Shown here: in pieces, positions 19,840 to 28,913 of the stretch
Numbering within the stretch: position 1 is the stretch's first letter
Layout of the letters: each line of letters starts with the position of its first letter
Origin: a virus
Lineage: Duplodnaviria > Heunggongvirae > Uroviricota > Caudoviricetes
Length of the DNA stretch: 38,129 nt
IMG/VR virus record: IMGVR_UViG_2627854098_000005
Direction: 5' to 3' (one strand)
The notes under the pieces: generated by a model
What the model saw: only the letters and a program-made list of their open reading frames with translations
Databases searched by the model: none
What the model was told of the DNA's origin: nothing
Program-made: the position numbers and the translations under genes

Positions 19840-20213
19840 GCTGCTACCTGTTGCGCCATCTGATTACGGGTGATCCAGAAGGCAATAACGGTCAGTAGAT
19901 AAAAGACCAGGGTAATAGCCCACCCCGTCCAGGCGAGACTTACAACAATCAGCAATCGCATCACCCAACTGGTAAATACGTTTTCTTTTCGGGTAATTGT
20001 CTTCAGCAAAGATGCCCTTAACTCCTGCCAGAGCGGGCCATTCTTAATTAACGCAGCCAGTGCTACCGGAATTACCGCCCATGTCAGCAAACAGGCTACC
20101 CAAACGCCGGACGCTGCCAGTACCGGAAAAATCCCCTGCGGATACACCATTGCTGCGATTAACAGCGCCATCCATAACATCAGAAACAGTCCGCTGATTA
20201 ATTTCTTTTTCAT
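19836..20213 (-). CDS. lysA: lysis regulatory membrane protein LysA
   Basis: Start placed at MKKKLISGL (ATG at 20213); multi-pass hydrophobic product directly after the endolysin stop. Confidence 0.65.
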   Translation of the reverse strand: MKKKLISGLFLMLWMALLIAAMVYPQGIFPVLAASGVWVACLLTWAVIPVALAALIKNGPLWQELRASLLKTITRKENVFTSWVMRLLIVVSLAWTGWAITLVFYLLTVIAFWITRNQMAQQVAA

Positions 20214-20214
20214 T

Positions 20215-20727
20215 TCAGTTTGCTCCCTGTAAACACCAGGCCATCTCCCGCGCACGGCGGTTATCCAGCCCCTGATTAAAAACACCTTTCACATAAACCC
20301 AGCGCGGCAACTGTCGGCATGCATCCGCCCAGCGCCGCTGATTGAGCAATTTCACCAGCGTGGAACTACAGGCATTGCCCGTCCCCACGTTGAAGGCAAA
20401 CGACACCGTAGCGTCATACACCTTCTGCGGCGGCTGTTGCTTCACACACCTTTCCAGCGCCCGCTCCACTCGTAGCACGTTGGAGATCAGCCCTTCAGCT
20501 GCCTGTCGTTCCGTAATAATTTTGCCGGGAATGACGCCCGACGTATTACCAATGCCGTCGGTCCAGACACCCGCGCTGCACTGATACGGCTGCAGACGAC
20601 AGCCTTCATAATCGGCGATCAGTTTCAGTCCCTCCTCGGAGGTGTGAAGCTGCTGAAACCCCGGCAGCGTGGCAGCAATAGCCAGCACGGCCCCGACAAG
20701 GCAGCGTTTAACGATTGATGGATTCAT
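20215..20727 (-). CDS. K: endolysin, phage lysozyme family, with N-terminal signal-anchor (SAR-type)
   Basis: Hydrophobic N-terminus CLVGAVLAIAATLPG followed by a lysozyme-like domain. Confidence 0.75.
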   Translation of the reverse strand: MNPSIVKRCLVGAVLAIAATLPGFQQLHTSEEGLKLIADYEGCRLQPYQCSAGVWTDGIGNTSGVIPGKIITERQAAEGLISNVLRVERALERCVKQQPPQKVYDATVSFAFNVGTGNACSSTLVKLLNQRRWADACRQLPRWVYVKGVFNQGLDNRRAREMAWCLQGAN

Positions 20728-20923
20728 AGTCCTCCCGCGAGATCTGCCCGTCGCGCAGAAGCTGGTAGGCTTTGTGTTTGTAGTACCAGTTGATAGCCAG
20801 CATCAGCACACCGATCATCAGGCCGCCCAGCGTTGAGGCATCCTTGATGGACAAATCGCCCAGCCAGGCCAGCACGACGGCGATGCAATACGTGATAAAG
20901 GCGCTGATTCGCTCAAGCGTCAT
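20708..20923 (-). CDS. holin
   Basis: 71-aa protein with two hydrophobic helices and a charged C-terminus, immediately upstream of the endolysin. Confidence 0.65.
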   Translation of the reverse strand: MTLERISAFITYCIAVVLAWLGDLSIKDASTLGGLMIGVLMLAINWYYKHKAYQLLRDGQISREDYESINR

Positions 20924-20926
20924 AAT

Positions 20927-21130
20927 TCAGTCCCATAGCTGGACGGTCTGCACGGTGGTGGTTGTCGGAATGTCCGGCAGCTCCACCTGCAGCCCGTGAG
21001 GTAAAAAGGGGACGTATTCGGCAAGCCCCGGATTTGCCTTCAGTACCTGCTCCGTGACACCCTGCGTGCGCCCGTAATGACGCCAGCAAAGTGCGTCCAC
21101 CGTGTCATACTGATGCGCACGCACTTTCAT
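20927..21130 (-). CDS. X: tail protein X
   Basis: 67-aa product at the P2 gpX position between L and the holin. Confidence 0.7.
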   Translation of the reverse strand: MKVRAHQYDTVDALCWRHYGRTQGVTEQVLKANPGLAEYVPFLPHGLQVELPDIPTTTTVQTVQLWD

Positions 21131-21594
21131 CAGATAAGCTCCACTGTGCAGTGCGGCGCATCCTGCACCCGGCTGATGGCCCAGCGGGCGTCACGCCATA
21201 AATCACCGCTTGCTTCCGCCAGTTCCTCGCCTCGCTTCGCACCGGATGCCGTGGCGTCATAGTCCTGGTAACGTTCGTTGAGCATGGCGCGTGCCCAGCA
21301 ATAAACCGCGTTGAAATAGTGCTGAATGCGCTCGCTTTTGCCGTCCAGTTGTTCCGCCGGGACTTCTGCCAGCGAGGCATACCCCAGCATCTGCTGGCGT
21401 CTGCGAAACTCATACAGCTCTGCGTTGACCTCCGAAATTGCCGACAGGGCAACCTGTTTTAAACGCAGCTGCGTCACCGTGCCGTCAGTGCGCATCACAC
21501 TGCGAAACTCCGACAGGTCCACATCAGGCCAGAACGGCGTATTCCTGATGATTTCCGCCTGTTCCGGTGCCTGTTCTGGCGCAACAAACTTCAT
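21130..21594 (-). CDS. L: head completion/stabilisation protein L
   Basis: Start placed at the ATG at 21594 (MKFVAPEQ...), which has an AGGAG ribosome-binding site; the track ORF extends further 5'. Confidence 0.75.
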   Translation of the reverse strand: MKFVAPEQAPEQAEIIRNTPFWPDVDLSEFRSVMRTDGTVTQLRLKQVALSAISEVNAELYEFRRRQQMLGYASLAEVPAEQLDGKSERIQHYFNAVYCWARAMLNERYQDYDATASGAKRGEELAEASGDLWRDARWAISRVQDAPHCTVELI

Positions 21595-21689
21595 GCTGCT
21601 TTCTCCTGAAATAGAGGGCGGTGGACGGGGTTTTGATGTGGCAGTGCCTTTCGCCACCCCGTGCCGCCCGTGCGCGGGGGCACGTTCTG

Positions 21690-22340
21690 TCAGCGGCTGT
21701 CATTGCGCAGTCTGCGCTCCAGCTGCTGTTTGTCTTTTTTCACGCCACAGCGGGGATCGAGCTGTAACGCATGGTTGAGATGATTAAGGGCAGACGCCGG
21801 ATTTCTTTCACTCAGGACAGCGCCAATCGCTTTATGCAGACGCGCCCGTGACTGGTCCGGCATATCCATACCGTCTGTCAGCTCCAGGGTCTGCAGCAAC
21901 AGATCGGCATCAAAGCCGGTGGCGGCAAGCATTGCGCTCTGGGCTGCATCTGCCATTTCCTCTGCCAGCACGGTCTGCACGTTGCGGTTACCTAACGGCA
22001 TCACCCAGCCATGACGCAGGGCGTGACGCCCGATCTCCAGCGCCCCGGCATAATCTCCGGCATCAATGCGCCACAGCATCACGTACATCAGCACGTCATC
22101 CTGTTGAGCGCCTCCGGCAGCCAGGACACCCTCCGCCCAAGCGGCGTACTTCGGCAGCAGCTCCACCTTGATTTCCGCTTTTTTGACCGTGGACTGAACG
22201 CCCTTGAGACGGCGGCGGTCTTCCGCCAGTTGCAGCAGCATCAGGTCATAGCCCGACGCGTGGCGAACGCTGCCGCCCTCGCGGGCGGCCTGTTCAGCCT
22301 GAACGCGCAGGCGATGCTGCCGTGCGGGACTCAGGCTCAT
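21690..22340 (-). CDS. M: terminase endonuclease (small) subunit M
   Basis: 216-aa product downstream of the capsid gene. Confidence 0.75.
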   Translation of the reverse strand: MSLSPARQHRLRVQAEQAAREGGSVRHASGYDLMLLQLAEDRRRLKGVQSTVKKAEIKVELLPKYAAWAEGVLAAGGAQQDDVLMYVMLWRIDAGDYAGALEIGRHALRHGWVMPLGNRNVQTVLAEEMADAAQSAMLAATGFDADLLLQTLELTDGMDMPDQSRARLHKAIGAVLSERNPASALNHLNHALQLDPRCGVKKDKQQLERRLRNDSR

Positions 22341-22343
22341 GAA

Positions 22344-23402
22344 TTACGCTCCGGTTTCTGCTGCTGCGGCGCTGAAGTCGCCAATCTGGATGTTTTCCAC
22401 CAGTGCGGCGCAGCGGTAGTCCTCAACCACATAGGCTTCGTTAACGGATTCAAAGTTTTCAATCCGGTCACGTTTCGGGTTGTCGATAACTGAGCGGCGG
22501 CGGGTGTCTTCCTGCCAGTAGATGGACAGGTTATCCAGACGGGTGATCAGCAGTGCATTCGGCGGGAAGAACGGCGCACGCACGGCCTGCAGGCCACCCA
22601 TGCGTTTCTGACTGATGATCATATCGGCAGCCAGTTTTTCACTGTTTTCCTGCTCTTTGTTGACCAGCGGGAAATACTTGTCAGACAGCAGTTCACGACC
22701 GCAAATCACCACCAGATCGTCATCGTCCTGGTAGACCACATCGATAAGCTCATTGACGGCATCCATCACCACGGCGTCCAGGTTGGCATATTCGCCACCT
22801 TTCCCGACTTTCACCGCACCCGGTGTGGTTTCACCGCCCGTGGTGGTGCTGCCCATGACGTGATCCGGTGCATCTTCACGGATTTTCTGCAGCCAGCCTT
22901 TGTTCACATCCTGCAGCAGCGGGTTATCGCTACGGTTGGAGGTTTTCGCACGCTTCACGCCGTTAAAGCCGATCATGATGCGGTCCAGTGCCTGACGTTT
23001 CACGATGGCGTCACGGATGCGCACCTGGAAATCCTGAAACTTCGCCCACAGGTCCAGCTTCGCGTAGGTCAGCACCGTGTCAAAGTTGGTCTGCTCGCAT
23101 TTGTATTCCACATCGACCATCAGCGTCGGATCGACAGGTTCACGCTCTTTCGCGGTGGTGTCAGTGGTTCCGGCAATGGTGCTGCCAACTCCCAGCCCCA
23201 GCAGCTGACCGGACTGCTCAGTCACTGGCGTGACGTTAATCAGCGTCAGGAAAGCGGCGGACTGCTGGATCTGGTCTTCCAGCGTCTGCTGTACAGACGG
23301 CTCCACGGTGAACTTGCTGGACAGTTCTTCAACTGCCACACCGTTCAGACGCGCCAGCTGCTGCAGGTAAGCGTTAAAAGCAAAGCGGGTATTCTTCTTC
23401 AT
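22344..23402 (-). CDS. N: major capsid protein N
   Basis: 352-aa product of the P2 gpN family. Confidence 0.85.
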   Translation of the reverse strand: MKKNTRFAFNAYLQQLARLNGVAVEELSSKFTVEPSVQQTLEDQIQQSAAFLTLINVTPVTEQSGQLLGLGVGSTIAGTTDTTAKEREPVDPTLMVDVEYKCEQTNFDTVLTYAKLDLWAKFQDFQVRIRDAIVKRQALDRIMIGFNGVKRAKTSNRSDNPLLQDVNKGWLQKIREDAPDHVMGSTTTGGETTPGAVKVGKGGEYANLDAVVMDAVNELIDVVYQDDDDLVVICGRELLSDKYFPLVNKEQENSEKLAADMIISQKRMGGLQAVRAPFFPPNALLITRLDNLSIYWQEDTRRRSVIDNPKRDRIENFESVNEAYVVEDYRCAALVENIQIGDFSAAAAETGA

Positions 23403-23418
23403 CAGGTTTTGTGCTCCA

Positions 23419-24252
23419 TCAGCAATTGGTCAGAGTGTCAGCGGGGGCGTTACCGCCTGTTGCACGCTGGCGGTAGTCCTGGCGGCTGTCTTCATGACTC
23501 AGCTTGTCCACCAGTTCGTTAAAGGCGGTTTGCTGTGCCTGCAGGGCAGTCTCCAGCGCAGACAGGCGTTCTTCCTGCTCAGACAGGGATTTTTCGGTGC
23601 GTGCGCTCAGGTTCTGCTGCTCAGTGGCGACCAGCTCCACGGCCTTATGCACATCAGAGAACCGGGCGTCATCGGACTGCTCTTTTTTGGTAAACAGCGC
23701 CGTGACGCGGGCAAACAGGGACGGTTTGTCGTCCTGGACTTCTTCCAGTTCGATCACCGTTTCCTCTGCGGCGGTAAAGAGATTGGCGGGATTCTGCTTG
23801 CGGTTTGCCAGCGGGTTATGGGCTGCACTGGCGCTGAATGTCAGCATTTCAGTGCCCAGACTGGCAGGGTCATCAGTGGCAGCCAGGCCGACCAGGTAGG
23901 CTTTGCCCGTATCAGCGAACTTCGGGCTGACTTCCATAGAGGTGAATAATTTCTGGCCTTTTTTCACCAGTTCCACCAGGGACTCCGTTGGCTCAACGTC
24001 AGCATACAGCGCCATCTTGCCTGCCAGCGGACCTTCCGTGATTTCTTCAGCAAACAGCGCCGTCACCTTGCCGTAGCGGTTAAAGGTGCTGTCCGGCAGA
24101 TAAGACTTGATGTGCTCAAGGTTAATCAGCGCGGTATACACCGCCGGGTTATAGCTGGCTGCCATCTGTTCCAGCCATTCACGCTGGATTTCGCGTCCGT
24201 CGGTGGTGGCACCTTCCACCCCGATGCGAAAACGCTTTGCTTTCACTGTCAT
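23419..24252 (-). CDS. O: capsid scaffolding protein O
   Basis: 277-aa product with a coiled-coil-rich C-terminal half; first gene of the rightward late operon. Confidence 0.8.
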   Translation of the reverse strand: MTVKAKRFRIGVEGATTDGREIQREWLEQMAASYNPAVYTALINLEHIKSYLPDSTFNRYGKVTALFAEEITEGPLAGKMALYADVEPTESLVELVKKGQKLFTSMEVSPKFADTGKAYLVGLAATDDPASLGTEMLTFSASAAHNPLANRKQNPANLFTAAEETVIELEEVQDDKPSLFARVTALFTKKEQSDDARFSDVHKAVELVATEQQNLSARTEKSLSEQEERLSALETALQAQQTAFNELVDKLSHEDSRQDYRQRATGGNAPADTLTNC

Positions 24253-24330
24253 GAGCCGTGCTCCGTTAGAAAAAACTTACTGGAGCCTTATGGTTGCGGT
24301 GATGGGGGCAGTGAAACAATGCGCGGTATT

Positions 24331-24348
24331 TGTACCGACAACCACACA
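24331..24348. promoter_or_regulatory. TGT-N12-ACA dyad in the divergent O / P late promoter region
   Basis: TGTaccgacaaccacACA read directly between the divergent start codons at 24252 and 24395. Confidence 0.45.
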
Positions 24349-24394
24349 AACCGCAGGCGGGGAAAGCCTTCATTCAAGGCTGTAGGTTTGTGCC

Positions 24395-26161
24395 ATGAAC
24401 ACCACACTGACACCCGCAGATCTCGATCCCCGTCGGCAGGCCATGCTGCTGTACTTTCAGGGATACCGCGTAGCCCGCATTGCTGAAATGCTGGGCGAGA
24501 AAGTTGCAACCGTTCACAGCTGGAAAAAACGCGACAAGTGGGGTGACTATGGGCCGCTGGATCAGATGCAGCTCACCACCGCCGCACGCTACTGCCAGCT
24601 CATTATGAAGGAGCACAAAGAAGGGAAAGATTTCAAAGAGATTGACCTGCTGGCGCGCCAGTCGGAGCGCCATGCGCGGATCGGCAAGTTTAACAATGGC
24701 GGCAACGAAGCCGACTTAAACCCTAACGTCGCCAACCGCAACAAAGGCCCGCGCCGTCAGCCGGAAAAGAACGTTTTCACCGATGAACAGATTGAGAAGT
24801 TGGAAGAAATCTTCCATTCCTCCATGTTCAACTACCAGCGCCACTGGTGGGAAGCCGGAAAAACCAACCGCATCCGCAACCTGCTGAAGTCACGCCAGAT
24901 CGGTGCGACCTTCTATTTTGCCCGTGAAGCCCTGATTGACGCCCTGCTAACCGGGCGTAACCAGATTTTCCTTTCCGCCAGCAAGGCTCAGGCCCACGTC
25001 TTTAAGCAGTACATCATCGACTTCGCCAAAGAAGTGGAGGTGGAGCTGAAAGGCGATCCGATGGTGCTTCCTAACGGGGCCACGCTGTACTTCCTCGGCA
25101 CCAATGCCCGCACGGCCCAGAGTTACCACGGCAACCTGTATCTGGATGAATATTTCTGGATACCGAAATTCCAGGAGCTGCGCAAAGTGGCTTCCGGTAT
25201 GGCTATTCACAAAAAATGGCGACAAACCTATTTTTCCACGCCATCCAGCCTGACACACAGTGCTTATCCGTTCTGGTCCGGTGCGCTGTTCAACCGAGGG
25301 CGCAACAAAGCCGATAAGGTGGACATCGACCTGTCCCACAGCAATCTGGCCCCCGGCCTGCTGTGCGCAGACGGGCAGTACCGCCAGATAGTCACTGTGG
25401 AAGATGCGGTGCGCGGCGGCTGTAACCTGTTCGACCTCGACCAGTTGCGCATGGAGTACAGCCCGGACGAATACCAGAACCTGCTGATGTGTGAGTTCGT
25501 GGACGATCTCGCGTCTGTGTTCCCACTCAGCGAGCTGCAGGCGTGCATGGTGGACAGTTGGGAAGTCTGGACCGACTTTCATGCACTGGCCCTGCGCCCG
25601 TTTGGCTGGCGCGAAGTGTGGATCGGATATGACCCGGCGAAAGGTACGCAGAACGGCGACAGCGCCGGATGCGTGGTGGTGGCGCCGCCAGCCGTGCCGG
25701 GCGGTAAGTTCCGCATTCTTGAGCGTCACCAGTGGCGCGGAATGGACTTCCGCGCCCAGGCTGACGCCATCAAAAAACTGACCGAACAGTACAACGTGAC
25801 CTATATCGGTATCGACTCAACCGGCGTTGGTCACGGGGTTTACGAGAACGTGAAAGCGTTTTTTCCTGCCGTCCGGGAGTTTGTCTACAACCCCAACGTT
25901 AAAAACGCCCTGGTACTCAAGGCCTACGACATTATCAGCCACCGCCGTCTGGAGTTTGACGCCGGACACACCGACATAGCGCAGTCCTTTATGGCAATCC
26001 GTCGCGCCACCACCGCCAGTGGCAACCGCCCGACCTATGAAGCCAGCCGCAGCGAAGAAGCCAGCCACGCCGATCTGGCCTGGGCAACGATGCACGCACT
26101 GTTTAACGAACCGCTGCAGGGCGAATCCGCCAATACCAGCAATATTGTGGAGATTTTTTGA
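24395..26161 (+). CDS. P: terminase ATPase (large) subunit P
   Basis: 588-aa product; divergent from O. Confidence 0.85.
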   Translation: MNTTLTPADLDPRRQAMLLYFQGYRVARIAEMLGEKVATVHSWKKRDKWGDYGPLDQMQLTTAARYCQLIMKEHKEGKDFKEIDLLARQSERHARIGKFNNGGNEADLNPNVANRNKGPRRQPEKNVFTDEQIEKLEEIFHSSMFNYQRHWWEAGKTNRIRNLLKSRQIGATFYFAREALIDALLTGRNQIFLSASKAQAHVFKQYIIDFAKEVEVELKGDPMVLPNGATLYFLGTNARTAQSYHGNLYLDEYFWIPKFQELRKVASGMAIHKKWRQTYFSTPSSLTHSAYPFWSGALFNRGRNKADKVDIDLSHSNLAPGLLCADGQYRQIVTVEDAVRGGCNLFDLDQLRMEYSPDEYQNLLMCEFVDDLASVFPLSELQACMVDSWEVWTDFHALALRPFGWREVWIGYDPAKGTQNGDSAGCVVVAPPAVPGGKFRILERHQWRGMDFRAQADAIKKLTEQYNVTYIGIDSTGVGHGVYENVKAFFPAVREFVYNPNVKNALVLKAYDIISHRRLEFDAGHTDIAQSFMAIRRATTASGNRPTYEASRSEEASHADLAWATMHALFNEPLQGESANTSNIVEIF

Positions 26162-27192
26162 TGGGAAAGAGTAAGAAGAACCGCGCTGCGGCGACGAAAC
26201 AGATCCAGCTTAAAAGTCAAACTACAGCCGAAGCATTCAGCTTCGGCGATCCCGTTCCTGTTCTGGACCGCCGAGAACTGCTGGATTATGTGGAATGCGT
26301 ACAGATGGACCGTTGGTATGAGCCGCCCGTCAGCTTTGACGGACTGGCGCGCACCTTCCGCGCCGCCGTGCATCACAGTTCCCCGATTGCAGTAAAGTGC
26401 AACATTCTGACCAGTACCTATATCCCTCATCCGCTGCTCAGCCAGCAGGCTTTTTCGCGTTTTGTGCAGGACTATCTGGTATTTGGTAACGCCTACCTGG
26501 AGAAACGCACGAACCGATTCGGTGAAGTTATCGCTCTTGAGCCTGCGCTTGCAAAATACACCCGACGCGGATTAGACCTGGATACCTACTGGTTTATGCA
26601 ATACGGTATGACAACCCAGCCGTATCAGTTCACGAAAGGCAGCATTTTTCATCTGATGGAACCGGATATTAATCAGGAGATCTACGGCCTGCCCGGCTAT
26701 CTTTCTGCCATCCCATCCGCTTTGCTCAACGAGTCCGCCACGCTGTTCCGCCGCAAGTATTACATTAACGGCAGTCATGCAGGCTTCATCATGTACATGA
26801 CCGATGCGGCGCAGAACCAGGAGGATGTGAACAACCTCCGCAACGCGATGAAAAGCGCCAAAGGTCCAGGCAATTTCCGCAACCTGTTTATGTACTCACC
26901 TAATGGCAAAAAGGATGGGCTTCAGATCATTCCTCTGTCAGAAGTTGCGGCGAAGGATGAGTTTCTGAATATCAAAAATGTCAGCCGCGATGACATGATG
27001 GCTGCGCACCGCGTACCACCGCAAATGATGGGGATTATACCTAATAATGTTGGAGGATTTGGGGATGTGGAAAAGGCTAGCTGTGTGTTTGTGAGGAATG
27101 AGCTAATACCATTACAGGAAAGAATAAAAGGATTAAATAGTTGGTCTAATGAGAATATAATCCAATTCAAACCGTATACACTTGAATTCTAA
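26158..27192 (+). CDS. Q: portal protein Q
   Basis: 344-aa product; the 3' end becomes visibly AT-rich as it approaches the cargo locus. Confidence 0.85.
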   Translation: MMGKSKKNRAAATKQIQLKSQTTAEAFSFGDPVPVLDRRELLDYVECVQMDRWYEPPVSFDGLARTFRAAVHHSSPIAVKCNILTSTYIPHPLLSQQAFSRFVQDYLVFGNAYLEKRTNRFGEVIALEPALAKYTRRGLDLDTYWFMQYGMTTQPYQFTKGSIFHLMEPDINQEIYGLPGYLSAIPSALLNESATLFRRKYYINGSHAGFIMYMTDAAQNQEDVNNLRNAMKSAKGPGNFRNLFMYSPNGKKDGLQIIPLSEVAAKDEFLNIKNVSRDDMMAAHRVPPQMMGIIPNNVGGFGDVEKASCVFVRNELIPLQERIKGLNSWSNENIIQFKPYTLEF

Positions 27193-27195
27193 GAT

Positions 27196-27220
27196 AATGG
27201 GCGCCTACATAGGCGCCATT
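27196..27220. terminator. hairpin between convergent Q and cargo ATPase gene, possible bidirectional terminator
   Basis: GGCGCC-tacata-GGCGCC stem-loop with flanking A/T; no strong U-tract. Confidence 0.35.
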
Positions 27221-27240
27221 ATCTATAATAAAGACATGAA

Positions 27241-28509
27241 TTAATTTGGCAACTCCAAATCATCCTTTAGATCTTTGATATCTTGATGTTGCAACCATAT
27301 TAGGAAGCCTTTATCAACAACATTCAGTTTCCTATTTGTTTGGTCATAATCCAAAATAATAGGCATTATATTTTTCTTTATTTGCAAAGACGCCGTTGAT
27401 TGTAACGACTGAGTAACATTACCCAGGTTTAACTTCTCCCCTCTTGGATGTACACTTTGTAATATTGCCCTTATATCTTTAAATTTCAAACCTAATTCAA
27501 GTTCACTAATGGTTGATGAAAGGACAGGATATAAAATCCATTTATGCATTTGAAGTTCAGTATCTTGAAATCCATCTGAAAAATTAATAAGGAAAGAATT
27601 GTAACGAGCCGATTGGTCATTAACAATTTTTGCAATGATATCCTTTCCATCCAAACCAGCTCCAATAGTTCTTTTTGTTTGCTGAGTCTCTGATATTCCG
27701 CATTCAATACACGCACGCCTACATGCTTCTTGCACTAAATAAATACTATTGAGACAGTGTGTTACTACATCTGCTTTGAAAGTTGGATCAAAATCAATGT
27801 TAAGGAGTAAACCTCCTTTATCAATTGCCATCTCCAGTTCAGAATCTTGCCATTTGTCTGCGTTAACAGAAATAATCCTGCCAGTTAAGTCACCATTGTA
27901 AACAATGAGCCGATTATCTTCTAGCCAAACTCCAACAATTACAAAAATAATGCTTGATGTTTCATGAAAGGCTTTTAATGCGATCGAAAAATCTCTTTGA
28001 GTTTCGAAAGGCATATAATGAAAATCCTCAAGAACGATAATCTTCTTGAAATTTATAGATTTTAAAGCCGCTATAACATCATTAACATCATCAACATCAA
28101 TTTCTAAAGGCGCGGTTACTTGTTCATGAGATTTCGTATCTTCGATCTCGCCTCCGGCACTCGCCACAAAACCCAAAATAGAAGTTTTTATTGATGCGAT
28201 TATTTTATTTTTCCCCGTAATACCTTTCTTGGTAGACTGAGTTATTTCGAATCCAGCTCTTTTTAAAATACTTGCATTCAATTCAGATACATCAGAACGA
28301 TTCGAACACTGCACCAAAATATAATCATCAGAATTAATACAGTGTTTTCTTACGCAAGTCTTACCCTGCTTTGAACTGCCGTAAATAACAATATGTTTCT
28401 TTGCTTGTAATTCCTGTTTAAGTTTGAAATCAACATCAGGTCTTTCAATGTAATTAAGTGGCAAATCTCTTGAGAGCCCAAAGATATCATTCGTATCAAA
28501 AATTTCCAT
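27241..28509 (-). CDS. P-loop ATPase (AAA-like), cargo gene of unknown function
   Basis: Walker A IVIYGSSKQGKT near the N-terminus and Walker B-like KKIIVLEDFH about 110 aa later; AT-rich; no resemblance to phage structural proteins. Confidence 0.65.
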   Translation of the reverse strand: MEIFDTNDIFGLSRDLPLNYIERPDVDFKLKQELQAKKHIVIYGSSKQGKTCVRKHCINSDDYILVQCSNRSDVSELNASILKRAGFEITQSTKKGITGKNKIIASIKTSILGFVASAGGEIEDTKSHEQVTAPLEIDVDDVNDVIAALKSINFKKIIVLEDFHYMPFETQRDFSIALKAFHETSSIIFVIVGVWLEDNRLIVYNGDLTGRIISVNADKWQDSELEMAIDKGGLLLNIDFDPTFKADVVTHCLNSIYLVQEACRRACIECGISETQQTKRTIGAGLDGKDIIAKIVNDQSARYNSFLINFSDGFQDTELQMHKWILYPVLSSTISELELGLKFKDIRAILQSVHPRGEKLNLGNVTQSLQSTASLQIKKNIMPIILDYDQTNRKLNVVDKGFLIWLQHQDIKDLKDDLELPN

Positions 28510-28624
28510 TTTAATATTCTCAACGTTCAGAATTTGCTACTAAACATATAATGCTCCGCGTTTTTTTGCAACTTGTCTCGAATATTTATATGAGATTGTT
28601 CTCATATAAATTAACCAGCGCGCG

Positions 28625-28650
28625 CTCGTATCCCCGCCACGCCTGCCCGC
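28625..28650. other. cos-like cohesive-end sequence (candidate packaging site)
   Basis: Reverse complement contains GGCGTGGCGGGGA, which matches my recollection of the start of the P2/186 19-nt cohesive end; lies in a GC-rich island inside an AT-rich spacer. Confidence 0.4.
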
Positions 28651-28913
28651 TTTATGTAGTTGTTTTCATGCACCTGCATGCTCTACGCAAAAGCCCGCCA
28701 GTTCTGGTGGGCCTTAGCAATAACGATCCTCAAACGATCATGCAATCTCATGCAGTATAGGCATGCACAACAACTTACCTTAAGAAAAAACATCTGATAT
28801 GCCCAACTGTTTCGTCTCTTTTCCAGTAGCTTGCTATGGCTTATCTTTAATGCAACTGTAATCGTGTATGAAGATACAATCCCTACCAATCATAAAAATG
28901 AGGAACACAAAGA

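Noticed and set aside
22860-23522. 220-aa + strand ORF inside capsid gene N
   Set aside because: Antisense shadow frame in a conserved structural gene
24947-25729. 260-aa minus-strand ORF inside terminase gene P
   Set aside because: Antisense shadow frame; the terminase reading frame is unambiguous
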